A DNA stretch of 64,000 bases, taken from assembly GCA_051362555.1 (NCBI GenBank), contig CM120646.1, positions 5,890,001 through 5,954,000 on the forward strand, written 5' to 3'. Under the pieces are notes generated by a model, which was given only the letters and a program-made list of their open reading frames with translations, ran no database searches and was not told where the DNA came from. Below, one piece after another: positions 39,328 through 51,351 of the stretch. The position numbers were made by a program, and so were the translations under genes. This stretch comes from Lingula anatina (lineage: Eukaryota; Animalia; Brachiopoda). The first letter of the stretch is position 1. Each line of letters opens with the position of its first letter.

Positions 39328-41960
39328 CCTTGTATTTTGGCATAGAAAACAAGGTGAATGAGGGAAGTGCCCTAGGCCTGTCTAAGCACTGTTTGGGCGT
39401 ACATAAAACCCCGCCGTGTACCATTTAAAGGTACTTTATCGAAGACTATCCCGGCAAATCGAATTTTCTGCGAGCAAAAATAATTTTTCTCACTCATGAA
39501 TCATTGATTGGCCTCTCCTTGCAGTAAGATTGGGCATATATATATCATTGCTTTATATCATTATTTGTTAATGAAACAGTTTGAAAATCATATTTTCCCT
39601 CATTGTATTGTTGAAAGATTTGTGTTGCGTCTCCCCTGTCCATGTTTCAGAAAACCCCAGGTGTGGCTTATTGCCACCCCATACGGCCTCTCGGGTGTTT
39701 ATGCCACGTGGAGCTCCGTACTGGGTGTGAACCTTCGGCACCACTCTGATGTGTCTGAGGTAGGACAGTGTTATTCACATATACATCATAATTTATATTA
39801 ATTATGGTTTTGATTTATTGAAAAACAGTGAGATAACTTATTTGATGCGTTAAACAGTATTTTTGAGTTTACAAGTTGATTACTCAGACTCAACGCGGGC
39901 CAAAGTCTGTAGAATTTGATTGAAGTTCAGTTGTGTACGATAGGTTGAGCTATTATATAAACATTGCATGCTATTCAAAGAAACAACTCACTCTGAACTG
40001 CTTTCTATCTGTCTAATATTTTAGAAAGATGCAGCATTTCTTGGTTTTTGGAGCATGATTGCAGGTGTGGTTTTTGCTGTGATTCTAGCAAGGTATTCGA
40101 TTGTGTTTCAGTTCACAAACCTATTGTCTCAGTCGTTCCCAAAAGGCTTCATTTAGTTTCTATTTACCTTGCGAACCGTTTATTTATAACATCTTCACTT
40201 TTAAAATCATATCTAATCACTAGGTCGTCCCATCTGCCATTGTTATTGATTTAGGGCGTTTGTTGTGCCAGTCTGTCAAGCACACATTTTATAGAGATAG
40301 CATTGTATAAGATTTAAAGCAATATGGACTAGTAGCTGATCTGATCTGCTGGTTGACTAAAAGCGCCGCATGCGGTTTACTACGTATTTTCACTTCCACA
40401 GGTTCGCAGACGTTTTCGTGGGGCACTTGAAGGTTCTGGTGTTGGCTTTGTTGGTTCTCGCCACGGCCGCCTTCGCATGGTTTGCGGTGCTCTTAAAGTT
40501 TGTCGATTTTCACACGCCTGGGTGGAAAGGTGAGAACAACATTTTTGGTAGAATTTTATATACATTCATTTTTGCTGCTGTGGTAAATGCAGAATCTTGA
40601 AGGAATACCGAGTTCATTCAGAGTATTATTACGGGAAGGGTATTCATAGTAGGTTTTTGAATCATCAGAACCAAAAATTAATGGAAACCCGACTGCGGCC
40701 ATGACTTTAACAGTGAAATGAATTGTTTTTAACCAATTTCCAATCTAAAGTAGTTTAGACGTTAACTTTGCCACAGATGTGTAACGTCACATTTCTTTTT
40801 TTTTAGTCATGATTTATGCCGCCATAATTCTTGGAGGCATGTTCCAGTTAGGTTTCCCGTGTCTTTGTTTTGAGTTGGCGTGTGAAGCAAGCTATCCCGT
40901 GGCCGAGGGGATCACCACTACATTTCTAGGGATAATAAACAATATATTTGCCGGTGCCTTTCTACTCATTTTCATGTTTATTCCGGACGGTGAGTTTATC
41001 GTTAATTTTATATGAAAAATGGATATTCTGTTTGCGTGATTTGTGCACTGTAAGTTGTAAAACGCCGGGACTCTATTTACCGTCTAAACGCCATGTTGGA
41101 ATCAACGGCCATGTTGATGCTCCTCAGAGACTAACATGTACTCCTAATCACAAATGTACATTGAAAGAGATCGTTTACATTGTGTCTTCTTTATAAAACC
41201 CGTTGTTATTGATTATAGTTAATTTCGTTCCTAATTAAAGGGATAGCAACCTTTTTTGTCGGGGAAGTGCCGTGAAACGCATATTCTAGGGGATAAATGA
41301 CGATGGTCCCATGCTTATCAATGGTTGGTGAATCCCTTCCCACATTCGAAGTTAGTCGATTATTTTTAAGTGTGTTTTTGGTAATAATCTCTTAAGATTA
41401 TATTACGGGGGTGAATCATCTATGAATGTCCACAACTTTCATTAAAAATTATTTTGGTGATAAAATTGAATTTTTTATATTCCAATGTGATGTTTACAAT
41501 ACATTTGTTGTGGAATTTTGAATCTAATGAAGCGTTGTTATCCCCTTAAGCCATGAAAATGCCGTGAAAATGCCATCACTCTCATTCTCTCTATTATATA
41601 GCTTGGATTATGACCTGGTGTTAGCAAGTTTAATCGAATAGTTGGCTAAAACTCTTAAAGAATCAATATAGTGTCTAACGTGTTACTCGTAAGAAGTGTT
41701 TGATATCGGAGATAGGAAGATCGTTAAATTATCATTTAGTTATATAATTATTATATTATTGCCTGTCAAATGCTAGATTTTCTTTGCAATTGCCTCCTCT
41801 AATTTCAGACAAAGAGTACATGAACTGGGCGATGGTCGCCTCGGTTGCTCTCGGAGTACCTGCCACGTGTCTGTACAAGGAGCGATATAGCAGGCTGCTA
41901 CTGGACACTCAGCGTTCAGTGGACAGTGGTCAGCGGAGTGACCACGATAATGAAAGCTAA
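34281..41960 (+). CDS. SLC49A4: MFS transporter, SLC49 family (SLC49A4/DIRC2-like), 522 aa. Exons 34281-34707, 35131-35221, 35899-36062, 36392-36455, 36924-36976, 37767-37896, 39651-39759, 40025-40092, 40402-40529, 40807-40989, 41809-41960
   Basis: Family motifs VYYKRRW, WNTWGPI, LLSNWGPI, MDEKGLR, GQFLNG..SNTWFP..QRTT, YFPAKPPTPPS, FELACEASYPVAEG and a C-terminal Y.RL..D; 1569 nt in frame. Confidence 0.9.
36674..36811. mobile_element. Small TIR element in an SLC49 intron
   Basis: Inverted termini CCGGTGTAACGT and ACGTTACACCGG. Confidence 0.5.
38500..39360. repeat. Diverged direct duplication (about 38500-38705 and 39139-39360) within an intron
   Basis: CCCAGT(G/T)GAAGAAATCAGT..GTAAGTCG..ATTCAAAGA..GTCCGC..GTGTTCG..GAAAACA occurs twice. 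Confidence 0.7.
41235..41549. mobile_element. Intact family-2 MITE flanked by TTAA (Kolobok/piggyBac-type target site)
   Basis: TTAA-AGGGATAGCAAC ... GTTGTTATCCCC-TTAA. Confidence 0.75.
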
Positions 41961-43817
41961 AAGTACGACACAGGAGTGTGTGACCGGAAGGTGGACACGG
42001 CTGAAGAGAGATATCTGTGAATGTATGATGAGGAAAATTACAATGATCGTTGCGTTTGGGTAAAATGGGGCGGGTAACAGAAAATGTATTTTCAACTGTT
42101 TCTCCTCAATTTACAGCTATGGCACTTTTGCAACATCTCCACGCATAACAATATAAGTGAAGAAGATGTTCATTGACACAATGCAGCGTCATTACAACAA
42201 TAATCTGAAATGTCTATTCAGAGGTGCATGCACAGATATTCGTGCAGAGTTTTAATTTGCACCCAGACGAACTTTTAATCATTATCCAATTTTTTAACTA
42301 ATATGGAGATAGTTATACACATATCGGACAATAAAGACCTACTGCTGTTCTATATACCTAAAAGTCCACCTTAGTATGGTGAACCACCCCTCCAGAAAGT
42401 TCTGTTTCAACTATGCCCGACTTTTAACTGCCATTTAATGCTGTGCTCCGAGAAAGAGTTGATTTCAACCAACCAGATATCATGATAGTTAACATACAGG
42501 AAAAGGGGCTTCATCAGATCATTGAAACCACTACAGATATGCTGTCTTTATTCAGCCAGCGCACTCTTTCGTTTGTATAAAGTGCAACACACAGGTAAAT
42601 TAGATTAAATCGTGTTTTCATCGCCCCTTATTTGAAATCACGCGCAATACTACACCCCCATTAAAAAAAACCCGCCTCCCTTTTCACCGTGGCTGTACGC
42701 AGTGCAGTGGATATTTAGCATTTGGTTGACACGTCTGAGGTCTGTGATAGTTATCTAGTTATATCACAAGTTACAGCAAGGTCTCTCAGTTAAGGCTATT
42801 GTAACCTTTCATTATTCCATTAACCCTTCATTAATCCATCTATCTTTATGCTGATTTAAAACGATTAAAAAATCTCGAAAATATAAAATATCGTTTTATC
42901 GCTGCAATGTTGTAAGCATGGACAACACAAAGCTTATTAAGTTAATTTGTCACCTTTCTTTTTTGAGGTGAGATAGCAATCGGCATGGGGCGTAACTTCA
43001 TCCCTTAACAAGATTTTATCACGAAAATTGTTGATAACGAGTGTTTAGGCCTCAATCCCGTGCCGTCATTTTGGCTCATATCTTTTTGTTGTGGAGTTAG
43101 GAGCCCCTAATTACAGATTTTCATTAACCAGAGGCATTATTTTGCTTTATTAACGATAAATCTGAACGATGACCTTCAAGAAAAATCGCTGGCAGGTTTT
43201 TAGAGTATTGAATGGTGTCATTCAATCGGCGTTAAAACGGTGATCGTGGGTGCTCAGGTAAAGGAGGAATTTGAGAAACCGATTTTCAGTTTTCGTCCCC
43301 AAAAATTGCAATTATGACGTCACCCGTAAGATGACATATGTGTAAATGCTAACTAATATATTCAATGTACATTGAAAAGTTTAATAATTACCCAAAAGTA
43401 TGTATGTAAGGCAATAAATAAGCAGTTTTGGGCGAAGGGTAACAATATCATTGAAAGAACAATTACATACAAATGTCATGAGGTTTAACGTTAAGCATTT
43501 ATATGACCTTGCCCAAGGACCTTAAGTTTCTTAAACGTGTCTCATTAACGAGATGAAACGTTCTGCGGCACGTGAAAACTCCGTCACAATCAAACAGAGA
43601 ATCTCTGTTATAACATCTAATGCAAAACTACCTACACGACTAAACATGTTTTAATTGCTCTGGTGCGGCATTTAACTCTGAATAACCCAAATGTAGGAAA
43701 AGTGTCAGTTTAGTGAAATGGACGCGTCCACCAAATGTTGGCATTAACACATATTACGAACGAAATACGGAAATACTGAAATATCTGTAAAAAAAGTCAT
43801 ACGAAACACGTATATAA

Positions 43818-43866
<49 letters not shown>

Positions 43867-44231
43867 TTTGATGTTTTTTTTAGTTTAACCCTTGGATGGT
43901 CTGAAACAACAAGCTAATTGTTATCGAATCAAAACAATGCCGCTGTAACACATTTGGCTGTTAGACCAGTCATTAATGCGAACGCCGATTGTTAATCAGC
44001 TAGCACAAAAAGAAAAAAAAAAAAAGATGAGAGCATTGTGGGCCGATTTACCTCGACGGTGGTATGACAAATGAATTGGCACTCACCCAGAAGGATAAAA
44101 GAAAAGAAGCATTGAACACGGTACCTTGCACACTTTTTCCAACAAGGAAATAGTTTGTAAATCTGTCCCATAATTCTTTTCAAAAGTTGCATAAAAGAAA
44201 TTAAGAATCCGTGGCACGCATCTTTGTTGAC

Positions 44232-44238
44232 TATAAAA
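44232..44238 (+). promoter_or_regulatory. TATA box of the Cys/Arg-rich peptide gene
   Basis: TATAAAA 63 nt upstream of the ATG. Confidence 0.6.
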
Positions 44239-44294
44239 AGAGATTTCCAAACAACGTTACTCCATCGCTTGCGAGGTTCATTTGAAAGATCGCA

Positions 44295-45575
44295 ATGGCT
44301 AACGTCAAAGTATTGATTATTGCCTTGTTCCTGCTGGCTGCCGTGGGCGTGGCCACTTCCTGCTATTCCTGTCGCGGTGGCAGTCTCCGTAAGTATAATC
44401 ATGGTTTCTGTTCACACTGCATGTTAACGGGGGACGTCAGATACCCAATTGACAGGGTTTTGGTTCATACTGTTCGCATATTGATTTTCAGCTTTTTCAG
44501 TATTCACATTGTTTAGATACTGGTCATTATTAATTTGGAGGGGGTTAGGGGTGGAGGAGAAAATGGCTGTGATCCCCCCAAATAAATTCGGGAACACTCC
44601 TGATAGTATTCAAATTTTTTCGGGACCCAACTTCCGGATTGATTGAAAAATTCAGCCCCCATCCTCAATGAAAATATCAGAACAGCGTTCAGAAGTAAAT
44701 TATCTAAAAACATGGCATAAAAAGTATTTCAAAAACACTCCACTCATGAGGGTACTTTAATGAAATATTTTATGTACAAATTGAAAGATTTTACAAAAAA
44801 AAAAAAAAAAAAAAACGTTGTTAAATACTCTGTTCAATGTAGGCACTCTATAATAAGACAGGATTTAACTGTAGATACTCAACAGTGCAGAATTTATTCT
44901 ATTCATTCTTATGAAAGAACACTAGAAGCATGAAAAGAAAGTTGAAATATAACATGGAGTTTAATCAGATTTTTTGACATTTTTTACATACATGTATTCT
45001 AGTGAGGTATATGATACAATGGTACACACACTGGACAATAGAAGGGTCACCCCCTAAATCAGAGTAATCAAAGTTATTAACCTGAAGAGGCGGAATATAA
45101 GAGATGTCAGAATATCGATACAGTTGAATTGTTCAGTCAGAACCGTTTCTTTTGTGAAATTTGATGTTAATAAAATGATACCAGGAGCATATCATTCCAC
45201 AGTCATTTATCTCCCCCAAAGTATTGGTTAAGTAGGGGTGACACTTCCATTGTCCAGTGTGTGTATATATAAATCATAGAGATGCATTAAAGCAGGTCAA
45301 TGCTAAACATCCCAAAAGAAAAAAAGTTGGAAAGATAATTGAATTAATTCAGGTGTGTATATGTCAATGTAAAGGTATATATGTCAATGTAAAGGTATAT
45401 ATGCCTTGTTTTCCTTTAATTTCAAGGTGGAGGGTACTTGCGATGCGGCTTAAGAAACCCGTGCCGCAACGTGCATTGCAGACGCGGATACAGTTGCGTG
45501 TAAGGAAAAAACAGCTGCTTGCAGCTTCTATGCTAAATCAGATAAATGACGAAATTGCTCTACAGTCATAGTGAT

Positions 45576-45611
<36 letters not shown>

Positions 45612-45902
45612 AGTATGTGTACGTTCGTTTGGATATGGAAAGTGAAAATCACCCTCTCTCTCTCTCTCTAATCTGAAATAACATTACGATAATGTGGAGC
45701 TCTTCTTTTCCAAGTTCCCTTATTTGGCAAAAGACATTTGGGTGATTTTGGTACATTTGTTTGTGCAATTTATGTACTGTTTTTTTCTGCTTCCAATGCC
45801 ATGCTGACACTCAGCTTGAATTTATTCTCTGACATTTTCAGGCACGGTTGCGCATGCAGAGCTGTCTGCAGGAGGCGCAGGGGTTGCTATTATTACGGAT
45901 AA
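44295..45902 (+). CDS. Secreted cationic cysteine-rich peptide precursor, 75 aa. Exons 44295-44388, 45427-45499, 45842-45902
   Basis: MANVKVLIIALFLLAAVGVATS + CYSCRGGSLRGGYLRCGLRNPCRNVHCRRGYSCVHGCACRAVCRRRRGCYYYG*; GT-AG introns in phases 1 and 2; 228 nt; TATA upstream; AATAAA at 46074. Confidence 0.88.
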
Positions 45903-46459
45903 TCCGATTCAAACCCTTGGCTACCTTCGATGCAACCAAACTGCAACGGAATTTGCTTCACCCAAGTCATTTGCATGACTTTGATGCTTTACCTCTTTTT
46001 CCTATTGAATGATTATACAAAACAGACTTAAGTGTTTACGTTATTTCGGCCTACCGGTTGCACAATGTAGTCTAATAAAGCAACGCATGAAAATATTTAA
46101 TGTGCTATGTTGTCATTGCAAGTATTATGGGGTTCGCTTAAGACTGCGGGGAAATAATATTCGGTCCTTGTGCCTAGAATAAATTTATGAATAAACAAAC
46201 AAAAACAAACAAACAAACAAACAAACAAACAAACAAACAAACAAACAAATAAATAAATAAAGTTGCCGTATCTTGAGATTTGATTAGTTTATTGGAACCT
46301 CAACATATTTACAAAAATGCAACTGTAAGAACTGACCAATATTCAGCGGCATATTCTTATACATACATACATACGCTCAATTCTGGATAGTTTTTGTCTC
46401 TCATTTTCGCATTGTTGGCGTTTTTAACTGGTAATTTCTGATACGAACCTTACTATATT

Positions 46460-46850
46460 TATCCCCTGTAGGCAGCCTGATCACCATGCTACCAACAAGA
46501 GTACGGGCTTGGTCAGGGCACAATAAAGCTGGCTTGCTCATTGCACCTTTCCATGTGTGGGATTTACAGGGTTGATGTGGGTTATATATGAAATCAAGAT
46601 CGAGCTGACAATACCGAAATCTAGAACCTAGGGTAGGGCTTGGCAGGAGTCGGTCTAAATTAATAAGGGGTTGATTCTCCTCTGCACAGAGCACCCAAAC
46701 ACATCCCACAGATGCCCAATAGGGTTATGACCAGGAATCAGTGTTAGTTGTTCCATCCTAATGACATTTTTGAGAGATCGGGCCACTCTAAGGAAAGATG
46801 GCACGAATTTGGAGGAACGCACTTTGTTTCCCGCGTTGTGCATTGATACG
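46460..46850 (-). pseudogene. Decayed Tc1/mariner transposase C-terminal fragment
   Basis: HNA...PGHNPIGHLWDVFGCSVQRR resembles the Tc1 motif DNA..H...SPDLNPIEHLWD.L.R; frameshifted and catalytic residues lost. Confidence 0.6.
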
Positions 46851-49800
46851 ATCTACACGTAAAACATATATCATATATAGCTGCATACAGGAGGCATGCA
46901 TGTCAGCCTCATTTCCCGTTATAAAATGTAACAGAGCTCACAGATCCCAATTGTTTTGCCAACAGAACATTGTTTACATGGCAACGGCCCCAATATGCAG
47001 TATTATATGGGAAGTGTTTTCTGTAATTAATTAACACGTTTTCATGCACATAGAAAATAACACAGTAAGCTTTAATGTGAATTGTTGTTGTTGTAATTTA
47101 GCTTCCATATAATTTTGCAGTCAAACGTGCCCGGTTTTTCCTCACTGGTTATTATACGAAACGACAAATAGTCTCTTTTCTTATATTTTTTTCACTAAAG
47201 AAACCACAACAGGCCTCTGGCTCTATTATTCCTGCTTTATTACCCCGACGTGCTCAATGTATATTGGGACAAGAAAGAACGAACCTAGGAGCCTTAATAA
47301 CTTTGTCAGCTCTGGCTGATAGTTTTTAATTGCAGTCAACAAGCTATTCTCCCTATTTCTCATCCATGTGAAAACGTCAAAGGCAGTTTCAGCAAAACTG
47401 GATTTGGTTCTAGATTCTGGGCCTTGAGATCAACACCCCACAACACAATTCACCTGACCATTTATATAACTATTTATTTTAAGAATTTATCCGTTTCTCT
47501 GTTTATTCAAAACATTCATGTATTAATTAATTTTATTAATAAATATTATCCATTCACTATATCAAATCAATAATTGTTTGGTTTCTCCCTCGCTCAACAT
47601 TATGCTTACAGTATTACTCAACGAATACAGACATATCGTATTATGTAGGGCGGAAAACCGATCGTTAATTTCCGCGAAGAACTCCATCAGCGTTTGCTAT
47701 TGCCCTCAGAATGGTTTCCTTATTATCCGAAATGACACAGTTGAATCTGGGTTGATAAGATTGATATGCAAGTCTTATCACATACGTCATTTTGATCTGA
47801 TTGTCTCTTCTGTGGTGCAACTTATGTAATGCAACATTGCAATACTCAAATCATATAATCGTGTTGGTTTCCAGAGAACGAGTACATAGATATTAAGTGT
47901 AGATAATAGAAAAATGTCATAAGGCAGAGCGCACATGTTGTTATTTCCAGGCAAAGGATCCATTTGCCTTTCAAAAGATTCATCGTATGAAAAGTCGAGA
48001 CGGCCCGTGACAGATAGAGTTACCTTTTTAGAGGAGTACGTTGCATGGATTCCAAGATCTGTGTACTTTGCTTTGTCTAATGATGCATGAAACCAATGGA
48101 TTACAAAGTCTTTGTTAGAAAAAGATAATACTTTTTTCAGTTAAGTAGACCGTTCACAAGGTAAATTTCTGACAGCACATCGCCTTTGGGTGGTACATGT
48201 GCTTGAATTCAGTGAGTCGATAGTATTATTTTCGGTGAGCCAATTCCTTTCCTGATGATGGGTCGGAGCGGTATGAATCGATCATAAACAGAAAAAGACA
48301 TTTAATATCTTCAGAAATAATCTCATTTTTTTATCACCAACAAATAATGTGAGGTTGTCAAGCAAGTTGCGCTAGTAAACAAGTATGGAATTTTACTAGG
48401 CTTGCGAATTTGAAGATGCACATAATTATCATTGACATAAAGTGAGTCCCTCTCTGTCTCTCTCTCTCTCGGTCTTTCTCTCTCTGTGTGAGCGCGCACG
48501 CAGAGGTATATTTAATAACCCTGTTCCTTTTATTATCTAGATTAAGTAGATTCACAGATTTATATTAACGTGGCGCTTACCCCCACAAATCCAAACAATC
48601 TGCAACTACTCCAAAAAAAAGGGTCCTCGGTGAAGTTTGTTTTGGTTGCTTCCAGTATGAACTCTGCCACTCTGTTCTAAACAATAGAGAGTATATTGTG
48701 CTTGTCCTAAACTGTCGTCGGTAACTCAAACATGGTATCAAGTGTTCCAAGTGATGTTATGGTTGATCCAGCCACCATGTTTACTTTCCATAAAAGAAGC
48801 TAGATCTTCTGATCTCAAAATAAACTGTTTTGTGTTCTCTCCGGCTGTCAAAGACGCACTGCGTACGAATTACTACACGTGGATGGTTAACTTCTTCAAC
48901 GTATAGCCAACTCTTCCCTTCATTTTTGTCTCAAATAAAATACGGGTTAGTCGTTTGGTTACCAATTAACTACTGGCGATGTTTTAATGGAGATCAAACA
49001 ATCACCTATTTCCACAAAGCACACAGTCTAAATAGAGTGTTGCGCATGCTGGTCGCAGTTTTCTTCCTGTGACGAGAAATTAGCTGCATGTATATATCTG
49101 TCATGTTGACTCAAAGAGTTGTTTATCTTGTGCCTTTGTGCGTCAGCAAGTAGAATTTTCAGGTGGAAATGGCCTATTGTCAGCTATATGTACAATATAT
49201 GGTGATTATTGGACATTTCTTCCTGTGCATTGTGGCATATCGTATCCATCATTTAAGAGTCATGCAGTACGCGTTAGAGCTTTACGTATACGGTAGCAAT
49301 ATTTCTCTAATTAAGAATATCAACATTTTCGAAAATCAGCACGACATAGAATATCCAAACATTGGCAGTATTACTAAATATAAACCTGGTTTTGAGCTCC
49401 CACTTTCTAATTTTCAGTAACTCAAGCGTAGATATAGAGGGGGATTTCACTCTTGCAGAACAAAATTAAAACATTTACATTTTTACACTGATGATTTTCT
49501 TCATGCCGACCATTAATAACTGCAGCTCTGGACAAAGTAAACGTGAAACTGAAGTGATTGCGAATAACTGGAAAGCAATGGAGCTTCGTATTAATTTGGC
49601 AAATACAATAAGTCTATATGCTGCCAAGTTTATTAAAGGCGTTTTAAGATATATAGGTACAAACAAAAGAATTATCAATGACGGTTAAATAGAGCCACCA
49701 TGTGATCAAAGGTCTTTGATGATGGATCGGAATTGTATGACACATAGGCAGAAAAAATAGTTCTCAGAGGATTTCATTATTCCCCCCATACCTGTAGAAA

Positions 49801-50258
49801 TCCTTTGTAAAAGGTTTGTGATCTGGCAGTGTCAAGTAACGCACACTCCAATACAAGACGGCGCACATTTTGATAGAATGCTGATTTATTGATTTTTTTT
49901 CTCAGTTTTACGTTCTACAATATAGCCGTGTTATTAACAGATAACGCTTTGTCGTATTTCTTTCTTTCTATTTTTCTTTCACAGTTTTGTACAGGCCGAC
50001 ATTCTGTGTCTAAATTGTTGAGTGGAATCACAGGAATGTTAATCAAATAACTACATAGTGTTCAGTTACGATCAATAAATTCGTCTTTCCTGAAGGTGCC
50101 CTGACAAGAGCATTATGTTTTTATTCAGGCAGTAACCCCCCATTTACACTTGACGGCGCCCTTTTTGCGTTCCATAGTACGGCCCTGTTTGAGAGCAAAA
50201 TAAATAAACAAATAAATAAATAAATAAATATGGCAGGGATTGAAGGTACTAACACACA

Positions 50259-51351
50259 TTATGTTTCTACACAGGGAGTAAACGCACTGACACACGTCTT
50301 GCTCTCGGCGCAAAAGCGTGTAAAACTTCTGCATTCATCCGCGGTGCAGTTCTTTTCGTCCGAAATGTCCGTAGCTGGGCAGTCCGGTGACCCGTTACAA
50401 CGCTTGTCAACAGCTATGCACGTGGACGATACCTCACACGCGAAGGAACCCAGGTGACATGTCCCGTCCGAGCAAGCATTTGTCGTCTTCACACAGCGGC
50501 GGTCAGAAGGGCAATAGCGTACCTCCGCCCAGGTCTGGCATTGCTCCGGGAGGCAATCCTTCTCGTCGGAACCATCCTGACATGTATTAGTGCCGTCACA
50601 GCGGTGTTCCATGGGAACGCACGTGTTTCCAGTTTCGCAGCCAAAGTGACCATCGGGACAAGGCTTTTCGGTACAGGGGCGTCTCACATCCACACACGTG
50701 GAGTTCGGAATACAGGGGACATCAGCCGTGTGGCATTCTGAAAATAAACACAATAAGATTCTTTGAAGGCAAAGGCTGAGGTGAAAACTGTGGTGAGAAA
50801 CATACCTTATGAGACAATAATAATAGCTTTCTCCTAATGTCCAGTGTCAACATAATATGGTGCAATTAGAACTGCATTCAAAACGATGTATCAGAACTTA
50901 TCTGCCATTGAAACAAATACTAGTCACGATGTAAAACCAACGCCACCGCAATAAGTAGCCATAGTAAGAAAATCAGATCTTTATTATTTGTTTTACATCT
51001 TATTTTGTTTTGATGTTTTAAACAAGTCAAAATAAAATCACATTTTACCAATAAATCACAAAATCTGATTGACGTTGGTACAAATTATAAAAGTGGTGCA
51101 CTGTTCCATTACTTTGACGAGTACCTGTTAAGTACTATTAACTATTAAGTAGCTATTCCCACTTTGTCTCAGTCTTTCATGACTTATAATACAGTTTTGA
51201 AGAACCTATGCTTACCTGGTTGAATTACAAATGTGGCTGGTTTCCCGTGGACATGGAAGCACACCAAAACTATAACAACTAAAGCAGGTAAAGAATATGA
51301 ACTACAGTTTGCGCCAAAATCTCGGTGAAGATCTTTCGTCACCATGGTCAT
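50259..51351 (-). CDS. Small secreted (or signal-anchored) LDL-receptor class A repeat protein, 204 aa. Exons 51351-51216, 50737-50259
   Basis: Exon 1 has the hydrophobic stretch LPALVVIVLVCFHVHG; exon 2 has two LDLa repeats (C..F.C...CV....CDG...CQDGSDEKDC and ..CNGSPDC...ISDEKNC); phase-1 intron; 615 nt. Confidence 0.85.

Noticed and set aside
45257-45571. 104-aa basic ORF
   Set aside because: It overlaps exon 2 of the Cys-rich peptide in a different frame and has no independent support.
47500-49700. Several short ORFs between the peptide and LDLa genes
   Set aside because: I could not build a spliced model or find a domain signature; a decayed element cannot be excluded without a search.
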